NCBI GenBank assembly: GCA_963735845.1
Contig: CAVTMN010000007.1
Location: 197,014-261,013 of the forward strand
Source: Vulcanimicrobiota bacterium
GTDB lineage: Bacteria; Vulcanimicrobiota; Vulcanimicrobiia; Vulcanimicrobiales; Vulcanimicrobiaceae
Reading direction: 5' to 3'
Length of the DNA: 64,000 nucleotides
Position numbers and translations under genes: made by a program. Of the stretch, positions 11,024 to 22,488 are shown one piece after another. Position 1 is the first letter of the stretch. Each line of letters opens with the position of its first letter. Under the pieces are notes generated by a model that made no database searches, had not been told where the DNA came from, and saw only the letters and a program-made list of their open reading frames with translations.

Positions 11024-12169
11024 CGCGCTAGTTCGGCGCGGACGGCGGCGGTCAGATCGACGCTGCCGCGCGGCCGCGCCGCGGTGAGATCTCCGACCGC
11101 GAGATGACGTTGCTCGGCGAACCGCCGTACGATCTCCTCGATTTGCGATACCATCGCTTGGCGCAGCGCCGCGCGTTCGCGAGCGATGTTCGCGACCTGC
11201 ATCGCGGCGTCGGCACGCGAGCGGCGCGCGCTCTCTCCGATTCGAGCGAAGCGATTTGCGATATCGGTCTGCGAATCGGTAAATGCCGATTCAATCGCCG
11301 CGGCGTTGTCGCCCGAAGGATAGGTGGCACGAAACGCCGCGATCCGCGTTGAAAGATCTGCCGTTGAGCTACGTGAGGCGGCCTGCGCTACGCGGCCGCG
11401 CAACGCCAGATTGGCCGCGGCCTTGGCGCGCAGTTGTTCGTTCATTCGGGCCGTGTCGGCCGCCGCTTGGCGCTCGAGGCCATTCCTATATTGCGACAAC
11501 GTCACGGCGTCGGCAGCTTGCATGCGCGAGAGCGTGGCGAGTTCTTGCCGGCTCAGTGCCGCCAGCTCTGCCTCGAGGCGAGCGCGCGCCGGACGATCGA
11601 GATGACAGCTCGTTGAGGTGAATCCGAAGCGTTAAGCGCGCCGGGGCATTCTTTCGCGCTAGGTCGTAGGCAACGTCCAGCTCTTTCTCGCGCAGTTGCT
11701 GCTCCCGCGCCGCCGCGGCCCGCTCGACTCGCGTGCGGCTCGCCCGAGCGTACGCCGCTGAGGCCGCGGCGCTTTCGCGCTGGAGGCGTCGAGCATACAG
11801 GCTCATTGATTCGGCCGCGGAACGACGCGCCGTCAAAACCGCCGACAATGCGGCGTTCTCGTCGGTCCGGTCCGACGATCCGGTTTCGGAAGCGACGAGC
11901 CGCACTTGCGTGCGGGCCGCGCCGGCGTCTCGCTGTGCGGCGGCGGTTCCTCGATCTATCTGCTGCGCGATCGAAGCCGAGAGATCCGGCGTCAAGGTCT
12001 GCTTTAGCGCGACGATCTCGCGATCGTAGTGGGCGAGCACACCGTGCAACGGGTGCGCCACCAGCAGCGCCGCGAGGTTTGCATAGGCGGTTCGCTGCGG
12101 CGGGGTCGCGCCGATCCAGCTCGCGGATAGCATCGAGAATAGAACGACGAGCGACAAGCGTTTCACCAT
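11020..12169 (-). CDS. Exported Ala/Arg/Gln-rich coiled-coil protein downstream of tamB (OmpH/Skp-like role is a guess); one frame break
   Basis: Signal peptide MVKRLSLVVLFSMLSASWIG. ORFs 11486..12169 and 11020..11523 join near ~11600. It overlaps the tamB stop by 7 nt. Confidence 0.5.
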
Positions 12170-15100
12170 GGGAACTTTCTCTGAAAGGCGAAAGTGATGC
12201 CGTTGTTTCCGGTGATCGGCGGAAGCGACGTGAGCGGATTGATGTTGAGGGTGCCGGCGGTTACCGGCAGCGGCTGCTGCAGCGAGAGAAGCGTCGGCCC
12301 GACGGCGGTGAACGCGGTCAGCCGTAAGCCCGTTGCGTCGCTCGGATGGGCGTCAAGGGTAATGCTTTGGACGCGCGGGTAGCCGAACGTTTGGGCGAAA
12401 ATCGCGTTGACGTTTTTTCCAAACGCCTTGACCGCACTTACGCCAAGGCCGCTCTGCAGGCCGGCAGTCAGCGTAACGTTGGTAAAGCCGAGCGCTTCGG
12501 CCATCGAGCTCGAGAGCGGCTGCAGCAGGTTGCGGGTAAAGAGCGTGTCGAGCTGACCCAGCGCGACGTTCGCTGCCGCCGACGAGAGAGAAAACGTGCC
12601 TCCCGTTGACTGCACGCCTTGCACGGCGCCGAACTGTTGGGCACCGACCAGCAATCCGAGGATTTGCTGGCGGCTGTACTCCGGTTGCGACGTCAGCGTC
12701 AACTGCATGCTCGTCGCCGGACCCGTGACCTGCAGGCCGATGGCGGTGCTGGGGTTGGTGACGAACGTCGTCGCCTTTGCGTTGACGTCGGGAATGAATC
12801 CGCTGCCGGGTGAGAACGCGACCTCCGCCCGCTCGATGTTGAACGTGCGGTAGAAGCTCAACGTGCCACCGCTCGAGGTAAACGTGCCGGTCAGTTTTGG
12901 TGCCGCAAGCGTGCCGTTGATGGTAACGGATCCAGTCGCGCCGACGTCGACGTTGGCGTCTTGAACGCGGACGTCGCGAGCGGCGGCAACGTGCAGTCCC
13001 GAGAACGATAGGGCCGGCAAAAATGACGACTCGTTCCCGCCGCTCTTGCCGCCGAGAAATGCGCCCATCGAGATGCGCGATTGCGAGAGCGTCACGTCGC
13101 CGCCGGCAACCGCCCCGGTTAACGGCGAGCGTGTCAACGTAACGTTTCCATTGACGTTACCGCGGAAATACGGCGACAGGTCCAAGCGCGCGTTCTGCGC
13201 CGAGACGACCAGGTTCGCGGTCGTTTCGGCGGGACGGCGCAGGCTTGCTAACGAGGCCGTGCCGTCGAGGCTCAGCGTGCCTCCGCCCAGCGCCGTGGAC
13301 GACTGTAAGCGAGCGTGGTTGCCGGAGAATGTGAGATCGGCGCCGATTCCGGTCAGCGGCGACTTCTGTTCGGGTACGCGAACACTTCCGGCGCTCAAGC
13401 GCAGCGAGCCGCTCAACTGCGGAACGCTCACCGTTCCGCTCCCCGCAAGCCGCCCGTCGATGCGGCCGCCGATCTGCGCGCCTTTCGGCAAGAGCGAGTT
13501 GAAGTTCGACAGTTCGACGTCGTCGGCGGCGAGCGCCGCCGTAATCGGTCCGCTTCCCGGGCGTATCGAGGACGACGTTACCTCGATCGGAACGACTGCC
13601 GAGAACGTTGCCTTGCCTTTTTCTAGATCGATTTCGCCGTAACTCACGGTCGCGACTCGACGGTTCAGGTCCACGGTCCCGGCGATTCGCGGAATCGCCA
13701 GTGACTGATAACGCGCCGATTGCAGCGTGACGGTATCGCTCAATCGAGGATCGTTCCGCGTGCCGCTTATGCGCAGCGTAGAATCGAGCGCTCCCGAGAC
13801 TTGAAGGTTTCTTCCGGTCGCGGCGACGATAAATGCGCCGACGTCCGGACTCGTCGCGTGTGCGACGAGCGAGAGCGGATCGCTCGCGCGCAGGCCGAAC
13901 CCGCCGGAGACTTCGGTCGTGAGCGAGGGCACGGAGATCACCGCCGACGATATCGTTCCGCGTCCGTGGGCGGCCGAAGCGGTGATTTCAAACCGCTCCA
14001 CCGGCAGTCGCGCGAGCGTGCCGTTGAAGACTGCGGCGTGCACGTTCATTGCAAGGTCGGGATAGCGGCCGGCGACGTGCGCGCGAGCGTCGAGCTTTCC
14101 GGTAACCGGTGCGGGAATATCGAGCATCGGCAGCCACATTGCCAGGTCGAGAGCGCCGGCCGTTCCGTTGAGGTTGACGGTACGGCTCGATGTTGCGACC
14201 GTACCCGTCACTCCGATGTTTCCCGACTTGCCCCCGGCATGCATCGAGGCATGGACGACGTCGCCTTTATTCTGCCACTGCGCGGCGACCGTCCCGAGAT
14301 CGAGCCGCAGATAACGTGCCCGGGCAAACTCGGCCGTGCCCGACGTTGCCGTGACCTGCTCGCCTTGCAGCGTCGCCTGCAGCTGCATCGCTCCGGTGCC
14401 GCGCAGCGTGTCGCCGGTATCGAAGAAATCGTTGAAGTCGGCAAGATCGGTTTGCGGGCCCTTGACCGCAACGCGCGTTGTTTTGCCGGCGACGTTTGCG
14501 TCGAAACTCAGCGCCGTGGTGCCGACGCGCACGCCGGCGTTGGTAACGGCGATCGCCGTGAGGTTGCCGCGCACCGTTGCCTTTGAGATCGCGAAAGGCG
14601 AGGCCGTTGACCGAGCCTTCCGGCGCGTCGAAGGTTCCGTCAATCGCCGGGGTCGCCGCCTGGCCTCCAATCCTCAAGTCGGCGTCGACGCTTCCCGCAA
14701 CGAGCCCGGCGGTACGCGGCTGCACCGCGGCGAGCAGCGTGCCGGCGTCGGATGTTTGCACCTGCGCGCTTAAATCGTACCGTGGAACCGGAGCGCCCCC
14801 AATCGAGAGGCCGTGAACGGCTCCGGCTACGCCGACGAATGCCGGCCCGAGCATCACCGCGGCGTCGTGCACGCGCAAGGTGCCGTCGGCATAAGCGACG
14901 CCGGCCGTGCCGCTGACGTCGAAATCGCGATAGCGGCCATTGGCAACCGCCACCGTTCCCGAAACTCGCGGAGATGAAGGCGTACCGGCTAGAATCGCGC
15001 CGAAGCTCGCCGCGGCGCCGGCGGTGCCGGTAATCGCGCCGTCGAGTGCACCGTTCTGCAGTCCGATCGCACCCGCCGCCGTTGCACCTCCCCAAGCACT

Positions 15101-16786
15101 CGCGATGCGCGCTGCGCCATCGGCCGCAATTCCCCCGGCCGTACGTCCGCCGAAGAAGTCGGCATCGGCAACGGCTCGCGCTCGCGGTATCGATAGGCGC
15201 GCGGGCGCGGACGAGCCCGAGCGCTAGATCGTGCGGACGGTCGAGCGCGACACGCGCATACAGCGTCCCGCGAGATCCGCTTATCCGCAACGGGCCCACC
15301 GTACCGACGCCGCGTGCGTCGACGTCGAAGAGCGCGGCGGCGCGTTGCGCCGAGTTCGCTCCCCACAACACTCCGCGCGCAGCGATGGCTTTTGGATCGT
15401 CGGCGGTGGCCGTCGCAAAGCCACGCAACGGCAAGTTCGGCAGCAAATCGCCCGTGTAAGGGACCGAACCGGGGGGCGCGCGTAGCGCCAGCATCACGTC
15501 GACGGCACCGGGAGTCTTGCGCAACGCCGCGCGACCGCGAGCACTGAGCTCCGCGCCATGATAGGCTGCATCGAAGCTCACCACATCGGCTTCTTTTCCG
15601 TCGAAGCCGACCAGCGCCTTAACGCGCTCGACGGGAGTCGACGCGTACACGACGCGCGGCGACTTGAGGTCTATCCACGTCATCGGCTGCGTCGCGTCTC
15701 CCGCGACGAGTACTGCGAAGTCGAGCGGTCCGCTCACCGGCAGGCGCTGCGCCGCGCTAAACGCGGTGCGCAAGCGCGCCAGATCGCCGCTACCCCGCAC
15801 GGCCATGCGGATGCGCGGATGGCGCAGATCGTAGATTCCTCCGCTCACGCGCACCGGGACGCCCGCTAGCGTAGCGTCGAGTTGCGGCGTTAGGAGGCCG
15901 TCTTCATAAGCATCGATCGGACCGCGAACGCCTTCGACGGGCTGCGAGAGGCCTTGAATTGCGATGCGCGCGCCCTCGAGCATTGCGGAGACCGCAAGGT
16001 GAGGCGCAGACGCGCTCTCGGCGGGCAGCGCAAAGTAGCGAGCGTCGATTTGATGCAGCGTTCCGGCACGCAAGCTTAACGTGGGAGAATCGAGGATAAA
16101 GTCGACCGCCCCGGAGATAGGCAAGGCCGAGCGCCGTCCAGTGCTGATCCATGGAGCCGGCCTGCGCGTCGATTTTGCCGCGCCCTCGCACTGGATAGAG
16201 CCGGCCGGCGCCCTCGCCGTAATCGAAAGCGGCGTTGTAGGTCGAGCGGGCGGCGGTGGAAACGTCGGCGTCCACGCTCGACGTTGCGCGCGTAGAGCCG
16301 CGAGTTCGACGCGGCGGGGCGCCGCTCGTCAACGACCGAGATCGAGCCGTCGACGACGCGCACCCGAGCGACCAGCGGCGTGCCCTGCCGGCCCGACGGA
16401 GCGGGAAGTTGCGGGATCGGAACGTTGTACGTTCCGTCGCGATGACGAACGATTGTCAGGCGCGGAGCGTAGATCTCCACGCTTCTTAATCCGAAGAGCC
16501 GCTTCGAACCGGGTAAGAGGTCGCGCAAACCGTACGCTATGGATACTCGATCGATCGTCGCGAGCGGCTCGTCGCGAGTCGAGAGCACGCGAGCATCTTC
16601 GAGCTCGACGCTTTGCGTCGTCAGCGAAACGCGTGCAAACGTTACGTTTGCGTGCAGAGCATTGCTCGCAACAACGCCGGCGACAATGCGAGCGAGCGCT
16701 GGAAACTGCCAAATAACGACTGCGGTTACTACGAGCACGGCCGCCGCACCAGCGGCGAAGATCCGGCGGACCGTGGAACGGCTCAT
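12163..16786 (-). CDS. tamB: TamB/AsmA-like translocation-and-assembly protein (~1540 aa); about four frame breaks in the 5' 2.2 kb
   Basis: N-terminal anchor MSRSTVRRIFAAGAAAVLVVTAVVIW, then a long repetitive beta-rich sequence (..VSGALDSTLRISGTRNDPRLSDTVTL..) typical of TamB/DUF490. Frames switch near ~16290, ~16130, ~15180 and ~14595. The last 2.5 kb (ORF 12163..14670) is intact. Confidence 0.78.
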
Positions 16787-16877
16787 AACGGATACTTTCC
16801 CGTAACCGGGCAAGCTCATGCGAAATCGCGGGAAGCGCTTGCCGGTCGTCGAAAGCGCAATCGCGGGAGAGCATAAG

Positions 16878-17129
16878 ATGAAGTTAGTCGAGCGTTTCGA
16901 TCGCGACTCGTTAGAGAAGTGCCCTCTGGTTGCAGAGTCGAGCGAGTTCGCGATCTTCGACGTCGGTAGCGATACGTACGCGCTGGTGCACCGCCACGAA
17001 GCCGTCGCGTGGCAAGGCGTCACGATCTCCGGCGATGGTTTATTCCGCATCGCCGACCTGCTCGGGCAAGCAACGCGAGCGCTCTATCGCAACGTCGCCG
17101 GCGAGCTCTCAAAGCAGCGAAATCGCTAG
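16878..17129 (+). CDS. Small hypothetical protein
   Basis: ATG 16878 is preceded by GGGAGAG. The 83-aa product (MKLVERFDRDSLEKCPLVAESSEFAIFDV...) has non-shadow-like composition. Confidence 0.4.
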   Translation: MKLVERFDRDSLEKCPLVAESSEFAIFDVGSDTYALVHRHEAVAWQGVTISGDGLFRIADLLGQATRALYRNVAGELSKQRNR

Positions 17130-17194
17130 CGAATAGGTACTTTCGACCGCCCTTTTGAAGTCTTCAGGCGGATCTGAAAGGAGGCCGTTATATC

Positions 17195-18203
17195 GTGCGT
17201 TCTGCAGCTTTTCTTATTGCCGGTTCGGTACTTTCCGCCATCGCCCTGACCGGATGCCGCGCCGCCGTCACGCCGTCACTCGCGCCCCAGGCGGCCTCGC
17301 CCCAGCGCGAGGCTCGATCCAAGTCGCTGCCCTCGATGATTCTGGTCGGCAACTACAGCGGTGACTCGATTCTCGGTTTCCCGCTGAGCGCGAAGGGCAA
17401 CGTCGCCCCCTCGATAGACATCGAAGGCACCAAAACGGGCCTGGGACATGCCGATAACGTTGCCCTGGACCCCTCGGATCGAATCTATGTATCGATCGAT
17501 GGAAAAACCATCGGCGCCTTTCCGGCCAACGGAAACGGCAACGTTCGGCGGATTCGTAAGATCGAGGGTTCGAATACCGAGCTCTTCTTTCCGATCGGCG
17601 TCGCGCTCGACTCGCAAGGCTATCTCTACGTTGCCGATTGCGGTTACGGCGACGTGAAGGTCTACGCGCCAGGCGCGAACGGCAACGTTTCACCCGTTCG
17701 TACCTTCAGTCCGTTGAACAACTGCACGATCGAGCTCGCCGTTGACGCCAACGACAACGTCTACGTTACTTCGGGCGAGAGCCGCATCTCGGAGTTCTCC
17801 TCGGCGTCGCAAGGGAACAACCCCATCAAGACTATTGAAGAGCAATCAGGCAAGAACGGCGTCGGCATTCGATCGATCGCCATCGACGGCGACGGAAATA
17901 TCTACGCCGGCAACCTGCGCGCACACGATATTCGCGTCTTCGCGCCGAGCGCGTCGGGATCGGCTAAGCCGATTCGCACGATCAAAGGCGGCAAGACTCA
18001 TCTGGGCGCGGCGACCGGACTCGGACTCGATTCCAAGAACCAGCTTTACGTTACGGTGTGCCAGCACTGCAGCGAGGGATCCGGTAAAGACAGCGTGCTG
18101 GTCTTTGAGCGCGGGCGCCAAAGGCAACGTCGCACCGCTGGCCGTGATTGCCGGCAGCAAGACGAAGCTGGATTCTCCGACCGATCTGGTTATTAGAGAC
18201 TGA
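17195..18203 (+). CDS. NHL/beta-propeller-type repeat lipoprotein; one frame break
   Basis: GTG 17195 follows AAAGGAGG. Lipobox AIALTGC. Repeats of the form GNV.P.R.I.G..T.L..P.G+A+D..G.+YV. The break near ~18110 joins ORF 17195..18196 to the end of ORF 17742..18203. Confidence 0.65.
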
Positions 18204-18274
18204 ATTTGCGCCGATGGTCGCTCCTGTTAGCCGTGTTGCTATTGGCGTGCGGCGGCCAAACCGCGCGCTTCGTG

Positions 18275-20398
18275 CTAGGTCATCAGCTTGCGGATGAAAT
18301 ATATCATCTCCAAAGCGCTGGTGAAGGCGCGTTCCTGCAGGTTAGCTCCGGCGCCGTGGCCGCCCTCGACGACCTCATAAAAGAGATAAGGTAAGTGCAT
18401 CGCTTCCATTTTTGCGGCGAACTTGCGTGCGTGCTGCGGGCCGACGCGATCGTCTTTGGTCGTCGTCCAGATGAACGGCTCGGGGTACTTCACGCCGGGC
18501 CGTAGATTGTTGTAGGGCGAGATCGAGGCAAGGAAGGCGCGCTGGGCAGGATTTGCAACGCTGCCGTACTCACCCGTCCACGAAGCTCCGGCTTGAATCT
18601 GCTCGAAGCGCAACATGTCGAGTAGTGGAACTTGAATGTCGACCGCGTTCCAGAGCTGTGGGTGCTGGGTAAACTCGACGCCCATGAGCAACCCGCCGTT
18701 GGAGCCGCCTTGGATTCCCAAGCGGCGCGGGCTGGTCACTTTGGTGGCGATCAGATCGCGGCCGACCGCAGCGAAATCGTCGAAGACGCGCTGGCGGTGC
18801 GTCGTAAGCCCGGCCTCATGCCACGCCTCTCCGAACTCGCCGCCGCCGCGAATATTTGCCACGGCGTAGACGCCGCCGCGCTCCAGCCAGAGTTTTCCGA
18901 CGATGCCGTTATAGTTCGGAGTCAACGAGACGTCGAATCCGCCGTATGCGTAGAGCAGCGTCGGGTTGCTGCCGTCGAGCTTCATCGTTTTGGGATGCAC
19001 GATGAAGTAAGGAATCTGGGTCCCGTCTTTCGACGCCGCCTCGCGCTGTTCGGCGACGTCCTGCGACGCGTCGAACCGTGCCGGGGAAGCTTTGATGTCG
19101 CGCAGCGCGCCGGTAGCGGCGTCGAGTTGCCAGAGCGTCGGCGGCGTAAGGAAGCTCGTAACGGTTATATAGGCCGTTTCACCGTCCTGATCGGCGGAGT
19201 TAACGACGATCGAGGAGTTATCGGGCAGATCCAGCCGCTGCTTCGACCAGCCTCCCGGAACCGGTGCGTACACCCACTCGCGGCCGCGCACGTTTTCGTA
19301 CGTCGTCAATAGAAGGCGCGATCTGGTCTGCGCGACCCCGTCGAGCGTCGCGCGCGGACCCGCCGTGTACACGAGCGCCGGACGCAGACGATTTGGTTCG
19401 CTTCGCGCCGCGTCCAGGTCGAGCGATATCAGCGAGCCGGCGGGGAACGACGTTCCGTTGATCGTCCAGCGTTGCTGGATGGTGAAGAGCAACCGTCCAT
19501 CGACCATTCCCTGCGGCTGGGACTTGAGCGGAACGTCGAGCCTGCGCGGTCCGGCCGAAGTCATGATGAACGTCTGCGACGTGAAGGTCGAGAGCGGGCG
19601 GTCGATCAGCACGACGGAGTGTCCGGCGCCGTCGTGCAGTTCCACCGGCGTGACGCCGTAGCCGCCGTCGGACTTGCTGCCGCGGAAGACTTCGACCGCT
19701 TCGGAAAGCGGTTTGCCGCGAACGACGCGCTTGACGACGTAGGGGTAGCCCGATGCCGTCAGTTCGCCCGGCGACCACTCCCGTGACACCAAAAGCGTAT
19801 CGCCGCTCTCCCACGCGAACCGCTGCTTGCCGCGCGGTAGGGCGAGGCCGCCGTCGACGAACGCGGCGCTCGAAAGGTCGAACTCACGCACGGTGATGGC
19901 GTCTTCGCCGCCGTCGGACAGGCTGATCATGCAGCGATTCTCGGCCGGCCAAACGCAATCGGCGCCTTTCCAAACCCAGTTCGCGTTCTCGGAACGCGCC
20001 AGCGCGTCCAAATCCAAGACGGTCGTCCAGGTTGGCGTCGCGCCGGCATAATCCGCGGGCGACGTGCGGCGCCAGATCCCGCGCACGTGATCGGTGTCTT
20101 GCCAAAAGTTGTAGACTCGACCGCCGATGAAGGAAGGAACGGGAATCCGATCCTTGGCTTGCGCGATCTTCAAGGCGTCCGCGTAGAGCGTCGAAAAGTT
20201 TGGGTCGTTCTGCAGAACCGCCAGAGTCTTAGCGTTTTGCTCTTTTACCCACGCCATTGCGCGCGCGCCGTTGAGCTCCTCGAGCCAGATAAACTGATCG
20301 CTCGTCGCGACGGGCATCGTGGCCGGCGTCTGCGCGCGCGCGAACGTCGCGGCGGCGAGGAGTGCAAGAAGGGCGGCTAAGACGGTTGTGACTCTCAC
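18275..20398 (-). CDS. Prolyl oligopeptidase family (S9A) serine peptidase, secreted
   Basis: Intact 707 aa with a signal peptide. C-terminal catalytic domain: GIQGGSNGGLLMG...TTTKDDRVGPQHARKF...EGGHGAG. Confidence 0.9.
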   Translation of the reverse strand: MRVTTVLAALLALLAAATFARAQTPATMPVATSDQFIWLEELNGARAMAWVKEQNAKTLAVLQNDPNFSTLYADALKIAQAKDRIPVPSFIGGRVYNFWQDTDHVRGIWRRTSPADYAGATPTWTTVLDLDALARSENANWVWKGADCVWPAENRCMISLSDGGEDAITVREFDLSSAAFVDGGLALPRGKQRFAWESGDTLLVSREWSPGELTASGYPYVVKRVVRGKPLSEAVEVFRGSKSDGGYGVTPVELHDGAGHSVVLIDRPLSTFTSQTFIMTSAGPRRLDVPLKSQPQGMVDGRLLFTIQQRWTINGTSFPAGSLISLDLDAARSEPNRLRPALVYTAGPRATLDGVAQTRSRLLLTTYENVRGREWVYAPVPGGWSKQRLDLPDNSSIVVNSADQDGETAYITVTSFLTPPTLWQLDAATGALRDIKASPARFDASQDVAEQREAASKDGTQIPYFIVHPKTMKLDGSNPTLLYAYGGFDVSLTPNYNGIVGKLWLERGGVYAVANIRGGGEFGEAWHEAGLTTHRQRVFDDFAAVGRDLIATKVTSPRRLGIQGGSNGGLLMGVEFTQHPQLWNAVDIQVPLLDMLRFEQIQAGASWTGEYGSVANPAQRAFLASISPYNNLRPGVKYPEPFIWTTTKDDRVGPQHARKFAAKMEAMHLPYLFYEVVEGGHGAGANLQERAFTSALEMIYFIRKLMT

Positions 20399-20430
20399 GG
20401 CGCGATAGATTTAGGGGCTTTGCGAAGGTC

Positions 20431-20444
20431 CCTCCCGCGGGAGG
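20431..20444. promoter_or_regulatory. Perfect 14-bp palindrome CCTCCCGCGGGAGG in a divergent intergenic region
   Basis: It lies between the start of the S9 peptidase gene (20398, minus) and the secreted-protein gene at 20489 (plus). It is a candidate operator or 5' hairpin. Confidence 0.25.
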
Positions 20445-20488
20445 CCTTGAGTGGCGCCTGTCTAAGGCCCCAAGCCAGGAGGTCGCTC

Positions 20489-20902
20489 GTGATGAGAACG
20501 TGGTGCACGCGCGTCGCGCTGTTCGGAGCCGCATTCGCGCTTGCCTTTGGAGTGCTCGCGACGCCGGCATCTGCCGGACTCGATCTAGCCATCGGTGCGA
20601 AAAAACTCGTAAAAGGCGAGCCGCTTTCTAGTTGCAACGACAAAGCGAAAGCCGCACTCAACGCCGTGCTCGAGAACGCGCTGGAAGTCGGCGGCGATAC
20701 CGGCGAATGGCGGGCCTCCGCCGCTCCCGATTCGTTGGGCAACTCATTGGCGGCCGCGGCGGTGCACTGCTATCCGGCCGACACCGGATACGTCGTCACG
20801 TTCACGTGCGCGGTGCAGGCGCCGCCCTATCAGGATTCAGCCAATGGGCTCTGCACGAAGCTCGCCAGCGCATTCGACGCTAAGGCAACGGCGCAGCGAT
20901 GA
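20489..20902 (+). CDS. Secreted Cys-containing hypothetical protein (paralogue 1)
   Basis: AGGAGG lies 6-9 nt upstream of GTG 20489 / ATG 20492. It has a signal peptide and shares its domain with the next gene. Confidence 0.55.
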   Translation: MMRTWCTRVALFGAAFALAFGVLATPASAGLDLAIGAKKLVKGEPLSSCNDKAKAALNAVLENALEVGGDTGEWRASAAPDSLGNSLAAAAVHCYPADTGYVVTFTCAVQAPPYQDSANGLCTKLASAFDAKATAQR

Positions 20903-21567
20903 AGCGGAGTTATCGCGTCGTCCTCTTTGCGGTCGCCTTCTGCGGCGGACTCCTCGCCAGCATCGCGCCGGTGCCGGCTGCCGTCGACCTTTCGGTGGGC
21001 ATTCGTCACGTCAGCGACGACGGGACGCTGCAGGATTGCGGCAGTAAAGCGCGAGCGTCGCTCAATGCCTTCCTTCAAAACGCTTCGGAGTCGGCGCCGG
21101 GCAGCGGCGATTGGTTGGCCTACTCCAGCAACGGTCCGGACGGGACGCCGGCGGCAGCCGCAGCGCTGCGCTGCTACGCGTTGCCCAAAGGCTACGTCGT
21201 AACGTTTACGTGCGTCATCCAGTCGCCGGCAAGTCCGTACACGCCCGACGCCCTATGCCTCAACATCGCACATAAATTCTACGGCGGCGCGATCACGTCG
21301 CTAGCACCCATGCCAACGCCCTCTCCGATTCCGACGGGATGCGCCACCAATAGTTTGGTCGGCACGTGGATGTCCGACGACAAGCCCGGGTTTACGTACA
21401 AGATGGAGCTGAACGGCGAACTCACCGACAGCGACGGCGTCTCGGGCAACTGGATTCTCAAAGGCAACACCGCCGTTCTCACCTACTACGGAGAGCACTC
21501 GATGACGCTCTCGTCGGACGGCAAGCACCTGCGCGGTGGAGGATACAGCCTCACGCGCAAGTGCTAA
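20899..21567 (+). CDS. Secreted Cys-containing hypothetical protein (paralogue 2, with extra C-terminal domain)
   Basis: ATGA overlap with the previous gene. The N-terminal domain aligns by eye: DLSVGIRHV..CGSKARASLNAFLQNA..AAAALRCYALPKGYVVTFTCVIQSP versus DLAIGAKKL..CNDKAKAALNAVLENA..AAAAVHCYPADTGYVVTFTCAVQAP. Confidence 0.6.
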   Translation: MKRSYRVVLFAVAFCGGLLASIAPVPAAVDLSVGIRHVSDDGTLQDCGSKARASLNAFLQNASESAPGSGDWLAYSSNGPDGTPAAAAALRCYALPKGYVVTFTCVIQSPASPYTPDALCLNIAHKFYGGAITSLAPMPTPSPIPTGCATNSLVGTWMSDDKPGFTYKMELNGELTDSDGVSGNWILKGNTAVLTYYGEHSMTLSSDGKHLRGGGYSLTRKC

Positions 21568-21587
21568 GCGCAAAACGCTTAGGTTTT
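21564..21587. terminator. Possible bidirectional terminator hairpin
   Basis: CTAAGCG-CAAAA-CGCTTAG (7-bp stem) followed by GTTTTCT. It sits across the stops of the convergent genes ending at 21567 (+) and 21579 (-). Confidence 0.3.
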
Positions 21588-22488
21588 CTCCGATACGATC
21601 GTCAGCGTCTGTTGGTCGACGCTGTAGTTCCCAGCCGACACGAGATTGTTGGGATAGGCGCAGATCACGCTGTTGTTCGGGCCGTAGATCACCACGAGAT
21701 TGGGCGGTCCGCAAGACGTTTGCGTGAGATGGTAGCTCGAAAGTAGTTTGGCGCCGGGGCTCTCCGGCTGCGCTTGGTACGACGTATAGGTAACGCTATT
21801 AGCGGCGACGATCGATCCGTAGACCGCCGCGCTCGTGGCACCGATTGCAAATGCGCCCCAGAAACCGCCGCCGTAGTAGTACGGCGCCGGGTACCAGGCA
21901 TAGCCGCCGTTCCAGCCCCACACACCGTGATAGACGGGATTGGCTACCGTCGCACCGTGGTAGACGTAGCCGTTATTTGCGTACGTGCTCGAGTGATACG
22001 TCTGACCCCAGGCGTTGGTGGCGGTCCCGGAACCGGAGTACGTGTGGTTGTACGTGTTACCCGAGCCACTCGTGTTGTACGAACCGTACGGATTACTCCC
22101 ACTGCCGCTGTGATTGTAGTTTCCGGAGTTATAATTACCGTTCGTGCTGCTGCTGTGGCTGCCGTAGCCGTTGGAACCGCTGCTGCTGTGATAGTAGTTG
22201 CCGTTGCTCGACGCGCCGCCGGTCGTGGTCCGGTTATAGCCACCGTTGGTCGCCGTCGTCGTGCGGTTATACCCATTGCCGGTGTTCGTTGCGGTAGTCG
22301 TGCGGCTCGTACCGGCCGGCCCGGTGCTGGAGTGAGTGGCCGTCTGCGGCGGATGGTAGGTGCCACCGTCGCCGTGCATGTCGAATCCCCCGGACGGCCG
22401 CGCCGCCGCCGCGTCCGGCTTGACCGGCCGCCGGCATGAGCGCGAAGACGAGTGCGAGCGAGAGCGAGAAAATGCGGTTAGCGTTCAT
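21579..22488 (-). CDS. Exported low-complexity N/G/S/T/Y/H-rich protein with aromatic-Gly segment and C-terminal globular domain; one frame break
   Basis: Signal peptide MNANRIFSLSLALVFALMPAAGQA (ORF 22267..22488) joins the 266-aa ORF 21579..22379 near ~22400-22440. About 140 aa are of the form ..NGNYYHSSSGSNGYGSHSSSTNGNYNSGNYNHSGSGSNPYGSYN.., then VWGWNGGYAWYPAPYYYGGGFWGAF. Confidence 0.55.

Noticed and set aside
18206-18394. 62-aa plus-strand ORF between the NHL lipoprotein and the S9 peptidase
   Set aside because: It mostly overlaps the 3' end of the conserved S9 peptidase gene on the other strand, and it has no SD.
21900-22300. DNA tandem repeat or CRISPR-like periodicity in the low-complexity gene
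   Set aside because: The repetitiveness is compositional (codons for N, G, S, Y and T) with no fixed-length DNA unit or conserved repeat/spacer structure.
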